Below the pieces are notes generated by a model, which saw only the letters and a program-made list of their open reading frames with translations, was not told the origin of the DNA and made no database searches. From positions 92,196,001 through 92,260,000 of the forward strand of contig NW_024704742.1 of the NCBI RefSeq assembly GCF_018977255.1: 64,000 nucleotides of DNA. The letters are read 5' to 3'. The DNA is from Callorhinchus milii (lineage: Eukaryota). This document shows, one piece after another, positions 1 to 12,274 of this stretch. Every line of letters starts with the position of its first letter. Position 1 is the first letter of the stretch. The position numbers and the translations under genes are program-made.

Positions 1-7
1 TCTTGTG

Positions 8-225
8 TGGAGTCCTGTAGCTCAGTGGTTAGAGCACTCGCTTTGCAAGTGAGAGACCTGAGTTCAATTCCAGGCACAGGGCGAAACCTTGGGCAAGTTT
101 CCTTACTCCACACAGAGCCTAATAATAATCCCTCCAAAACCAAAACAATAATAAATTGGTCATTTTCAATCTACGACTGTTTGTGGGACATTGCTGTGCG
201 CAATTGGCTGGCGCGTTCGCCCACT
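8..225 (+). mobile_element. tRNA(Ala)-derived SINE, 3'-truncated
   Basis: Head GTAGCTCAGTGGTTAGAGC (A box), tTGCa anticodon loop, GTTCAATTCC (B box), then a family body shared with copies at 36156 and 61125. Confidence 0.8.
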
Positions 226-1399
226 AGACTCTCTTTCATGTCTTACCCAATGGATTAACTGAGATTGCAAAATTTATCCAATGCCTGGTGAATCAGTAAC
301 TCTGTTATTATGTAGACAATTTATTTTGATTGTATTGAGACATTTTAGCACCTTACTTCAGTTTTGTTCGCCAGTGTTGATGTGAAAGACGTTATATAAA
401 TTTAATTTGCAGTTTGTTGTTTTTATACTGCCAATAATGTTATCCCATTTAAAAATATGTTTATTATGTTTTTCAGAAAGTTATAAATTGATAAATTCTT
501 ACAATTGGATACAAAGTCCGTGCTCTTAGGACTACCCTGTTTCAAATAGCAAAAGGAGCTGTTAAAAAGCTATTTGATCTGGAATATCCAGTGTTGCACA
601 ACTGGAGTTCATCACAATCTAGAATGACACTCAATGTAATGGGGGTAGGGGGTGGTGCTGTATTGTCAGAGATGAGATGGGTTGTCCTTCAGCTGAGATG
701 CTAAACTGAGGTCCCATCTGCCCATTCAGGTGCACATTAAAGATCCCTCAATAATAATAATCATTGCATTTCATATTGCACCTTTCAGTCAGGAGGACAT
801 CTCAAAGCGCTTCACCAATATACTTTAAAGTGGAGTGACTGTGTTATATGGATGAATACGGCAGCCACTTTGCAAACAGCAATGCCCCACAAACAGTCAT
901 GAAGCGAATGGACAATTTTATTTGGGGGATTGTTGGTCAGGACACCAGAAGACAGTCCCTAAAGTAAATCCTATGAGGAACTTTCATAAGGTGCTATACC
1001 AAATGCAAAGATTTTTCTTTTTTTATCATTGGTTCAACTCAACAAAAAAAATAGAGAAAAGTCAGTATATTGTAAATTGGCACATCCAATGCAGTGAGCT
1101 GGCTTTGAGCAATTGTGATGGATTAGAAGATGTCTTTAGTCATTGCCTGACCATGGTGGGCACATATTTGAATGATGAATTAACAGCAGTGTTAAATGAT
1201 TCATAGAGTTTGACAGTGGCAGAGCACGACAGCTAGGACATAAACTTCCTTCTATAAATCAGCACTCCCTCAGAAATATTATTAATTCCCAGTATAAATA
1301 TCTACTGTAGTAGATGTATAAGAAGTATATAGTAGTGTCTTTGACATCTACTACATTAGGAATCAGTCTGAGAGCTTATTATTGTGGTTTGTCCTACAT

Positions 1400-1730
1400 A
1401 TCAGAAATAAGAATAAGAACCACAAGTACTCCATGGATTGGATTGAACTTGGCAAGGGAGAAGCTGAACAAGATCTAGGGATGTTAGTTGACTCATTGCT
1501 CATCACGTCAAAACAGCAAAGAACAAGGCAAACAGGATGTTGGGCTATATTGCCAGATCAGTTGAGTTAAGATACCCAGATATTATACTCAGGCTGTACA
1601 ATGCTCTGGTCAGGCCACACTTACAGTACTGCATATAGTTCTGGGGTTTCACACAACATAATTGCCCTAGACGTAGTGTGGAGAGGAGTATCGAGACCAA
1701 GCCCCAGTGTTAGAGGAATGAATTATCACC
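1400..1730 (+). mobile_element. Degraded CR1 LINE ORF2 3' fragment
   Basis: Encodes EQDLGMLVD; sequence ctctggtcaggccacacttacagtactgc resembles the CR1 LVRPHLEYC segment at 21240. Confidence 0.7.
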
Positions 1731-2193
1731 TAGGCCAATAGAAAAGTGGAGAAATATTTGCCAAAAATTTCAGGGCAATTGATAACAATTGCAGGGCATT
1801 TGATAAGCCCTCACGGCCATCTGGGAGCTATTGTGATGACTGTGTCATTGCCATTAGCATTCCATTGAGATTGACAGTTTCAATTGAAGAGAAGGAAAAT
1901 AATAGGCTCCATCCCACAAAAGAAAGATATGATAATTTGCATATATGTTTTAGGAGTGTAATTATGAAGGTTTAGTGTTATCTGTCAAAACAAATCCATT
2001 ACTAAACTTACAATTTGATGGAATGCTTGTAATAAATTGGGAAATCTGTCACTCGAATCTGCATACAGCAAGAAAATAAACAATTTAACAAGCACAAAAG
2101 CAATTGAATGATATAATAATAATCTTTGCATTTGATATAGCGCCTTATCACATTGTTGAGATGTCTCAGAATGATTCACGGGATATACTGTAA

Positions 2194-2294
2194 CAAAAAC
2201 AGACGTCGTTGGGAACACTCAGCAGATCAGGCAGCATCTATGGAGAAAGAAAAGTGAGTCAATGTTTCGGGTCCACGACCCTTCGTCAGAACTT
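2194..2294 (-). mobile_element. Penelope-like element terminal fragment inserted in a SINE
   Basis: 101-bp insert flanked by a 10-bp direct repeat TATACTGTAA (2184-2193, 2295-2304). Homologous to 62088-62218. Strand given is the ribozyme strand. Confidence 0.7.
2257..2293 (-). ncRNA. Minimal type I hammerhead ribozyme motif (probably decayed)
   Basis: Minus strand AGTT-CTGACGA-A-GGGTC-GTG-GACCC-GAAA-CATT-GACT: CUGANGA and GAAA cores, 5-bp stem II, stem I AGTT/GACT. Confidence 0.65.
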
Positions 2295-5200
2295 TATACT
2301 GTAAAGTGGGTTGACTGTTTATTTTGTGGGCAAAACACAGAAATCAATTGCACACAGCAGTGTCCCACAGTCATGGATTGAGTGACCAAATTATTATTTG
2401 TGGGTGGGGAGGGTGGATTATTATACCTGGAAAGTGATATTGAGAACTGCGGCTCAACATCTTGATATTTATATTGGGAACTATATTAAAGCTGAGATTA
2501 GACCTGCAATTAATAATATTTCTGAGGCAGCACTGACTTATAGAAGGAAGTTTATATCCAACCAATTTTTGGTGAATTCTTTTGAGTCCTATTTGGAATG
2601 ATGCTCCAGGTGCACACATTTTACAGAAGTTGCAAGTATTATTTTTAATGGTGAATGTCCCGATCCTTGATGTTAACCTCTTAGAAAAATCTACCAGATA
2701 ATTCCATTGTATTAACCTTTGCTCAGGGCTTGGCTTCTTTTTTTCTGGCACAATATTCTTTGCTTCTGAGGTTTCTTCCTGCTACAGGAATAGCCCTACC
2801 ATTTATTTCCTTACTTTAAATCCTTCAGATTCCTGTCACTTCGCTCCTTCGGTTTGTGAGGCCTCAGATAAGACAGAATCCAGAACAATCTCTGCATATC
2901 TTTCGCATTGACAGCCTGGAGCAATGTAGTTAGACATTTTGTTTTGAACTGCATTGTTTCCATATGTCAATCAATTAGACTCCGAGTGGACTGCTTTCAG
3001 ATCACAGTATATTTGCAAGGAATTAGTTTGGAATTAACATGGATATTTATGTTACCTCTCAAACCTGTGTGAAATTCTACCAATTTTTAAAAAATTTTTA
3101 CAAAATAATTGAACGTGGAAAAAAATGAAACACTCATAAACTTACATCCTGTGCCTAGATGATTATCTAATCTTCCCACTCAGCTCCTGTTAATTCTTCA
3201 AGCCAACGACATAATGCGTAGGATTGTTCTAACTGGTCAACCAGCTGGAAGCTTGCCAGACAGAGCTCACAATCGCAAGCTATGTGGTTTTAGCTGGATG
3301 AATTCCTGCAGTACCCCAATGCAATTCTAGGGTCCCCAAGCCTTGGCTCTCTCTAACCTGTGCCAAATATTCTCCAGATTTAGGTAAGCATGGTGTGTCC
3401 CTCCAGGGCATGTTCCATTCCAGACTAATTTCCATGCATATGTGATATACAAATATAGAACTCTCAGTCTAGTTTGGATTCTTAAGGTGATGGGTTCCCA
3501 TCTGTTAAGAAACCTGGTTGACCAAAAAAAAAGTGCCTTTCACAAGAAAAAAAGCATGTCAAAGAATTTGACAAATGTAGTGATGCACATCAAGCAGAGA
3601 AATAAGATATTTAAAGCTGTTGACCGAAGCAGAGCAGAAGATCAATCATTGACATGTGGGGTGCTCTGAACAAGGACTACAGATAAAAGGATTTACAGAG
3701 ACATCAGAACAAGAAACATTCAATATTTCATGGTAATTTATTTTGGCCCCTAAAAACACAGTGAGGGCTCCACCAATAAATAATCTGCACTAAGAGAGGC
3801 TTGGCGGAATAATTAACCAAGCAGTCAAGCAACCATCATACTGTCTGGAAGCAAGTGGCAAGGTATGTGTAATATGTGGTGTGCCAGTAGATTTAAAGGA
3901 TGCAAGTATAAAGAATCTACAAAATATTCGCCCACAAAATATACAGTCAATTCACTTTACAGTATATCCTGTGAAGCGCTTTGAGACGTATCAAAGATGT
4001 GATAAGGTGCTGTATTAAATGCAAGGATTATTATTATGATTATTATCTACAGTGATGCTTTATAATTCTGGAAAATGATTGCTGAGATCAGATGTTATGA
4101 ATGGTAGTGCTATATTATATATAGAATATAATATATGCTATACTATCCTGAATTATGCTGCCTGTGTCCTCTCTCACTATACTCCGTGAGCCCACAACCC
4201 CTATCCTCACTCGGCAGTCCTCACTTTCAGTTGTTTCCATGGCCTCAGGACCGGACAGGACAAAACCTTAGGCAAGTTTCCTTACTCAACATGCCTCTGT
4301 TTACCTAACAGTAAGTGGGAACCTGGTTGTTAATCAATTGGCAGATTGTTTTGGGGGTAATAATCCCTAAAAAAAATGGTTTGTATGATATGACTGTGTA
4401 TGACATGCGCACTGCTGTGTGCAATTGCCTGCTATGTTTTGCCCACAAAATACATAGTCAATCCACTTTACAATTTATTCTGTGAAGTCCTTTGAGACAT
4501 CTCAACAACGTAATAAGGTGCTATATCAAATGCAAGTATTATTGTTATGATAGTGTCCTCCCTTCCCCCAATTTGGACTCCCAGTCAATTATGTGAAGCG
4601 CTTTGAGGCATCCTCCCAACATTAAAGGCGCTTCATAAATGTTAATTGCTGTTGTTGATGTATGTAAGGGGAACGGCATTGGATAAGCTTTCACTCCTGC
4701 AGGCAGTAATTAAAACTGGATTCTTTATTAGCCTTAGTTTATTGTAAATAATCTGGAGGAACATTATAAATATTGTTCCATTAACCTGAGTAATAGTAGT
4801 TTCTTCATTGCTATGAATCTCAAATTATTTCCCTGCTTTAGCCTAATCTGACAGATTTACATTTTGAACTGAACGGCAGAAACAAATTCAGAGTGTAACT
4901 CAGCAGCAACAGTTTAATAATTGTAATAAATAACAGATAATAGATGGTGTAGTGAGTTACTAGGTAGGTATTCAATCAAGTACTTTCACTGCAAATTGGA
5001 GGAATACTCCATTTGAGAACTGAGAATACAAATCTAAACTTCTGCATCCCTCTTTTAAAACAAACTTATTATGTGACAGGCATGCTAGAAGCATCTTGCA
5101 TTAGATAAAAGCAATAAAAATGAGAGTGACATATGAGCTGAAGTATTCAGCTTCACGTGATTTGTGCTGCAGTAAAATCATTTTAGTATTTCTTCCTAGA

Positions 5201-7211
5201 CACAGGATTATCTGCTGTTTCTGCAACTAGCGTTTCCAATACTACTCTAAGCAGCTAGAGTATTAATACAGCAATAATACACACAGTAACAAAGATTTTT
5301 GTCTCTTGTTTTTATTTTTGAACAAAATCTAGTCTTCTTACATTTCAAAAATGAATTTCTTATGTAAAGCCCAGTGCAGCTTTTGTTTTTAACCTGACTA
5401 ATTTATCTCTTCCCTCCTTTAACCATGAGCCGAATAGCTGTCAAAATGTTAATTCAAATCCACGGATAGTATTCATTCAATGTGGATGATGCCTTCAGAG
5501 GCTGCGAGCATTTTACCAATGTGGGTGGAATATTAAAAAGAGTTATTTTGATTGTCTCCATCTTCTCGCCACTGTACCTTTGACCGATTTATTTAATCTA
5601 AAGCAGAGCAGATTATTTTAATATGAAGCATGCACTAAAAAATAAGACATGAATTTTGGAAAACACTGACGTCAATATTTTCAGGTTGCTTATAGTATTC
5701 TTCCCTTTCAGACTGTTCATCACTGATTAGATGGACAGAACAAATTCCCTGAAATAATAGGTTGACTGGAAGTGCTGGTTTGCTGATTTTGACATGCCTG
5801 TTCCAATATGGAGATTTATTGCTTCAGGAAAACTTACTGTTCTGGTGGAGAGAGAGAAAGGGAGAGAGGAAGAGAAAAATAAATCTATAATCAGTTACTG
5901 TCTGTAATAAGGATTCATAAGGTTTCAATAAAATTGCAATCATTTATTAATGAGACTGAACTATTCCGCAGGTTTAAATAGCCTATTAAGAGGCTGAATG
6001 TTTAAATTCAGTGGTCCTAACCGGACACATCTGGTCAGGTTACCAAATTATTTTAATAAGCATTTTGTATTCACTTTGGGTTCAAGATGTAGACCAAATG
6101 CTCCATGCTTATAGTATCAATTATAGCCACAATCCAGTCTAGTACATCTTTGTCTCTTCCCAGATAATATCAACCATGGGAAACTTGAATGAATAAGAAG
6201 AAAGCTCATAATAGATTTGAGGACAGGAAAACACACTGACAATCAATACTGAGAAGTGGAGTCAGCTGAGCCGATCCTTTTCACACACCGTGTTCACTAT
6301 CTGCAGAGTCCCTCAGGGGAACCTTCAAAGCCTCTTTAGTTTCAAACTCATTTTCTGAAAAATATAAAGTTGTGAAATTTCAAGGTGAAGATCATGACTG
6401 CGAGTTATCTTTCGCAATGCAACTTTTAAATTGTTTTTAGAATATTCAATTTTTATAATAATAAACAATAATCCTTGCATTTGATATAGCACTTTTCACG
6501 TCTTCTTGACATCTCAAAGCACTTCACAGAATAGACTGTAAAGTGAATTGACTGTATAATTGTAATTGTGCAAAAGAGCCTGAAATTTCCCCATTGTATA
6601 CAGTGCCTAGATATTCTCTGATGTATCAGATGGTAAAATCACTGGTTAGAATAAAACTGAGCCAAGGTTTGATTCCTGATAGGCTCTGAGTGACTAGATC
6701 TCATCCAGTGAAGGGCACTACAATTGGTCTTGGGGGGGCAACAGTTACAGTTAGATGCTCAGTGCCTCCTTATTGCTATCCAATAATCATTGCTGGAAAA
6801 TGCATCAGTGGCTGTCAGAGAAACATGGAGAAATAGAGAAACGTTCAGTCCAGGAGAAGTCATTCAACCCATCGCGACTGCTGCATGGTTTTCTAAATGG
6901 CCCATTTTATTAAACCCACTTTAAAATTTTAAAACATATTCCCTTAATGTTCATAATTATCTACATAAGTTCATAAGGCTGATACCGGAGATAGAAATTT
7001 AAAGCAATGAGATGAGGTGAGAGAGTTTACAACTCTTGCCATTGGAGCAGAGAAGGTAACAGAATCAAGATTAGCAGTGAGTACAAGAGGCATTCACCGC
7101 CTGTGAACTCTACTCCAGTATCAATTAAACCATCATGAGACCGGAGAGAAGATTACAGGGAGAATCCCAGCCCTCCCTAAAAAAGCCTTGGCTTCCCAAA
7201 CCACATTACAG

Positions 7212-7547
7212 TAATAATAATAATCCTTGCATTTGATATAACGCCTTTTACGTCATTGAGACGTCTCAAAGCGCTTCACAGAATATACTGTAGAGTGAGT
7301 GTATTTTGTGAACAAAACACAACAGCCAGTTGCGCACGGCAATGTCCCACAGACAGTCATGAAGTGAATGAACAGCTTTATTTTGGGTATTTTTGGCCAG
7401 GACACCAGGAAAGAAAAACTCGCTTCCCTTTTCAAATAGTGCCATGGGATCTTTAACGTCCAACTGAACAGGCAGACAGGACCTCGGTTTAACGTTTTAT
7501 CCAAAGGATGGCACCTCCGACAATGCAACACACCTCCAGCACTGCAT
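7212..7547 (-). mobile_element. Deu-domain-type SINE (SacSINE1-like) with L2-like tail
   Basis: Central gccatgggatctttaacgtccaactgaacaggcagac..cctcggtttaacg block, also at 660-745, 27380-27415, 42770-42850 and 46900-46970, plus the common (ATT)n tail. Confidence 0.7.
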
Positions 7548-8067
7548 TCTCTCTCATTCTGCCTTTTTTGCTCTCACTCTAAATCTCTGATTTTCTCTTT
7601 TTATTTGTCTCTCTTCTCTCTCTGAATCTTTCTAAGTCTTTCTGAGTCTCTAGCTTTCTAACTCTATTATTCTGATTTTCTTTATCTCTAAGTCTACCTC
7701 TATGTCTATTTATTTCTCAAAAACTGCCCTTTGTGATATCAGCAAAACAAGAACAACTTGGATTTATATATCGGCCTCCACTCAGGACGGCGTCTCAGAG
7801 CGCTTCACAGGAACGGATCCCGGGGCCGAGCCAGGGGGAGGGGAAGGAAGGTGACCAAAGATGCGGTCGAAAAGAAAGGTTTTCAGCAGAAACCAAAATA
7901 TCCAGTTGCACGTTGTGCAAGGATATGAGGGATGCAGTGTCTCCAGTTCACATCGCTAGCAACCATGTGTTCATTCATGCATGCAATTTTGCACATATTT
8001 ACAGCTGGATTTAATTTGCTGATATGTCACAGCCCTGCATCCATGCTCACGGTTCTGAAACGGATAA

Positions 8068-8600
8068 ATGTCGGCCTTCCCAACTCTTCCCTCCACAAGC
8101 TGCAGATCATCCAGAACTCTGCAGCTCGTATTATCTCCCGCACCAGGCTCCGTGACCCCATCACCCCCACCCTCGCCCGGCTCCACTGGCTCCCACTCCC
8201 TCAGAGGATCGAGTTCAAAATTCTCATCCTCACCTTCAAGGCTCTCCATGGCCTTGCCCCTGCTTACCTCTCCAAGCTGCTAACCCCTTATTAACCTGTC
8301 CACTCCCTCCGCTCAGCAGGCTCCAGGCTGCTCCACGTCCCCCGCCCATCCCGCCCCACCATCAGCAGTCGGGACTTGAGCCTCTCTGCCCCCACCCTCT
8401 GCAATTCCATCCCACATTCCCTTCACCTCACTCCCTCCCTTACCTCCTTCAAGGTACGCCTCAAGACCCTCTTCTTCCCTCCACCCTTCCTGCTCTCAAC
8501 CTCCTCTCCCCTCGCTCGGGTCCTAATTCCTGACTGTTCAGTGCCTTGGGACACCCTTCTGATCTGAAAGGCACTTTACAAATGTAATTTTGTATTCTAC
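8068..8600 (+). mobile_element. L2-clade LINE 3' fragment
   Basis: Encodes LQIIQNSAARII...ITPTLARLHWLPLPQRIEFKILILTFKALHGLAPAYL (L2 ORF2 C-terminus); ends gaaaggcactttacaaatgtaattttg. Confidence 0.9.
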
Positions 8601-8739
8601 TTAGCATTGTCAGTAAGTGTGATATCACATGAGGAACATGATCAAAGTGTTTCAAAAGTTGCTATCGATATTGATTATGAAGTATATAAAGAGTAGTAAG
8701 GAGCAGTTATTGTGGTTTCAGAAGCAGTAAGTCACTCTT

Positions 8740-9370
8740 CACATACCTGCTTGAATTTTTTGAGGTGGGAGCTAAGTTAGTGGATAACAGCTATCCAATT
8801 CATAAAACTTGCTTGTTTTTTTCAGAAGGGATAATGTGAACGCTTAAAGAAGATTAAGGTTTGTGCAATTAATGGCAAATAACTAACTGGATTGGAAATT
8901 GTCTTGGCAATAGGAAGCACAAGATGAATGGAAAAAACTCAGTTTGGGAAAGTGGTAACAACATTTCTGCAGGATTTTGTTCTGGATTCCAACTGATTAC
9001 AGTATTTCTAAGTGATTCAGCCATGGCAATTCTAGTATTATCATGAAACTTGCTGAGTTGCATGACCTGGTGACTGACTCATTTCAGGGAAATTGATAAC
9101 ATTCAGAATGATCTATAATAATATATATAAAAGTCTTTGCATTTGATATTGTGTCTTATCACCTTGTGAGCTTCACAGAATAATTTGAAAAGTGGTTTGA
9201 CTGTATTTTGTGCGATCTAGTCCAATTAGGTGGACGAAGTAAGGAGTTGCAGATGAATTTTAATGCAGATAGATAATGCACAGAAATGCATATTGGAACA
9301 GGAGACTTGAAGCATAGGTACACAATGACTGGGAAACAGGCTATGATGAGATTATTGATCATTCAATGAA
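8740..9370 (+). mobile_element. Highly decayed CR1 RT fragment split by a SINE tail (~9120-9210)
   Basis: cttgaatttttttgagg, actggattggaaattg and gcagatgaattttaatgcaga resemble the RT segments of the CR1 at 20560-21020. Confidence 0.55.
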
Positions 9371-12274
9371 ACAGTCAATGTGAAGTATGGAGGCACATGT
9401 TAATTGTAGTTGAGTTTAAAATGCTGATCCATTTAGTAATTAGGATTATAAATTGCTCGAACATTCCTCTTTTAAGTTATGATGTCTCCTCAACTATTTG
9501 ATCTGCTGCTTTCTTGTAAAAACGCTCCAGTTATGTGCTATCCAATGTATATAATACTGCAAACATTTCCTTGACAGCAGTTAACCCTTTCAGTCGCACA
9601 ATTGTAACAAGGTTGTGAGATAATTGTCACAAGGTTATGAGACAACAGATAATTGTCACAAGATTGGGATGAACTCTCCTTGCAAAATCAGCATCTTCAC
9701 ACTGCAGTCAAACTAAATGGAAACCTATGGCAACCTCCTGTTAAAAGCCTACACTGGTGAAGCCAATAAATTTACAAACCATCAGAGAATAAGCTTCACA
9801 AAGTAACCAAATTTGCCAACAATCACAAAATCAACCCCCTCCCCTCCCTGCCTCAAGGCAAACTGGAGAGCAGAACAGAAACAACCAAAATGTTAACATC
9901 TTAGTTGTAAAGAAGATAAAAGGCTGATCTGATAGAGGTCTTCAAGTTTTATGATAAGATAAACAGTAATAAATTATTTCCATCGGTGGATGAATCAGTC
10001 ACAAAAGGGCACAAATTCAAGATAATCACAAAAGACTCTAAGCAAGAATTTTGTAGAATGCTCAAATTAGTATCTGTTCTTGTATTGTAAGAAATCAAAC
10101 ACCTGCTATCCTTTGTGTGGGAGTAAAAATGAGTAGGATGCCACCCACAGGCTTGCATGGAAAAGGGTCCAAAAATATTCTGAGCATGACACTTCTGACG
10201 AGATAATGTGCAGCATGCAATGTTCCTTTGTCAAACATCTGTTTTACAATACATAGTGCTATCCTTGAACTTTCCAAAAAGGGGAAGTGTCCTTCAGGTG
10301 TTAAACTCTTATTTTTTTAACGCAAGGGTATGTGCAACAACAAAATTTGTTTGTGCAACTTTCCATATGTATAAGATACAGGTATCTGTTCACCCAGGTG
10401 CTTTCGCAAACATTAATATGTGTCATTTACTTTACTAAATAGATGCCAGAGCTTTTGTTGTATCAATAAATTAATTCTAAATATGTATTTGCTTTAACAG
10501 TAGTCGTTTTAAAATTAAATTAGTTTTTGTTTGTAGTACAAAAATATTCTTTTCTAAAGTGAACCACTTTGGCAGAGTGCCATTATGGTTATTAATATGT
10601 AACATGAATGTCATCTGCATTTCAAAATAGAATAACCATTTTGAAATTATCATTTAATATTTCAGAAGCTGAAACATGGGTAAGTTGTACACACTAGAGC
10701 TGAAAATATGATTCTGGATTAAAGTTGCAAAATGTGCTTTCTGGTTTGTGAGAAAAAATAATTTTGTCCCCAATATAAGTCTACAATATTCCACTACTGA
10801 GTCTATCCTACACCAATTACTGAACCTAGTAAACCTTGTATTTATTTTGTTTGCAAATCGGAAATGCTGTTATAAACACATAAGGAAATGTTAATCAACA
10901 CATGATAGAGCCTGGTGCATTCCTCAGTAATATATGCGAACCAAATAGAGCAGAAATTAATGAGTGCTGTTTGGTTTTACTGCTGGCCTAAATGACAAAA
11001 ATAAAACAAAACTACTTTAGATGTCTGATTAATAACAGATACTTTAAATATAACATATTTCATACTCAGGGTATAAAAAGAAAATATAGAGTGGTGTATA
11101 CTGGTATATAAGAGCACTAACACGTGCTGACCTGGATGGATTTGTGCCTGCAAATGCACCCACTGCTAAATTCCAAACATTAGCTGTGACGTGGGCATTA
11201 ATTCACGTTAGATAGTTAGGCTGCAATTAGCTTTACTTGATGCACCTTTGGAAACACTGCATATTCTGATATACAGTATCTTAGTTCCCATTGGTGCAAA
11301 TTAATCCACTGTGACAGAATCTGTCAGTCACTACTGTAGTGAGCAACCATAGAGGTTGATGCTGCCAGAGCCTGAGATGCAGAAGCGCTGGCGCGAGCCA
11401 ATCAGGAGCAAACCTAGCAGTAAGTCGGAAACTGGTTGTTAGTCAATTGGCGGATCACTTTTCCGGGGGTAATAATCCCTTCAAAAAAACAATAATAATG
11501 TGGTAAATCAATCCATGACTGTTTGTGGGACGCTGCTGCGCGCAATTGGCTGCCGCATTTCGCCCACAAAATATACAGTCAATTCACTTTACAGTATATT
11601 CTGTGAAGCACTTTGAGATATCTCAACAACCTGATAAGGCGCTATATCAAATGCAAGGATTATTAGCATTATTATAATAATAATAAAGCTTTGTATAAGC
11701 TTTGGATAATTGGCTGTAATTGTGCTGGAACATATGAAGCATATGAGGAGGGAATTCTTGAGATTGGAAGAGCAAAAGAACTTTGTCACTACAGGTGAAT
11801 ATCATTTTACGATATTTTATTCTTCTTCCAGCTAGGGGGTCCTCTGTGAACAGTGAATGGAAATAGAAATAGAATAGAAATTGATCTTTATGATCTCAGT
11901 TGGATGGTAAATGTGTTACTGACATCCAAAACACACCAAAAAGTAACACTTATTTGCATGAGTGCACCAGCATCGAGTAACTGAGAAAGAAAATACCTTA
12001 CCATAATGTCTCAACAGCGTGCTATATGTGAAAGATGGTGTCTCTTTATACATTACTATCAGTTCAAAATAATCTCAGATCTGGTCTAAAAATTCCTAAC
12101 TCCGGTAGAGTACTGAATAACAATTTCCTGCCTTAACATTGTCATTGTAAAAGATTCACTGCTGTGTTAAACTATGTTGAAATGTTCAAATTCATGCTAC
12201 AGAAGCTGCCTCAATGCATTGGTAGCAATTCAGTATGAAATCACACAAGAGGTATAAAATTCACTCCAATGTCT

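Noticed and set aside
8..85. Apparent tRNA-Ala gene (also at 36156, 61125 and 19560-19612)
   Set aside because: No proper acceptor stem or poly-T terminator, and it continues into a repeated body and tail, so it is a SINE head.
2371..2751. 126-aa minus-strand ORF
   Set aside because: Non-ATG start, runs into a SINE, no recognisable domain or splice support.
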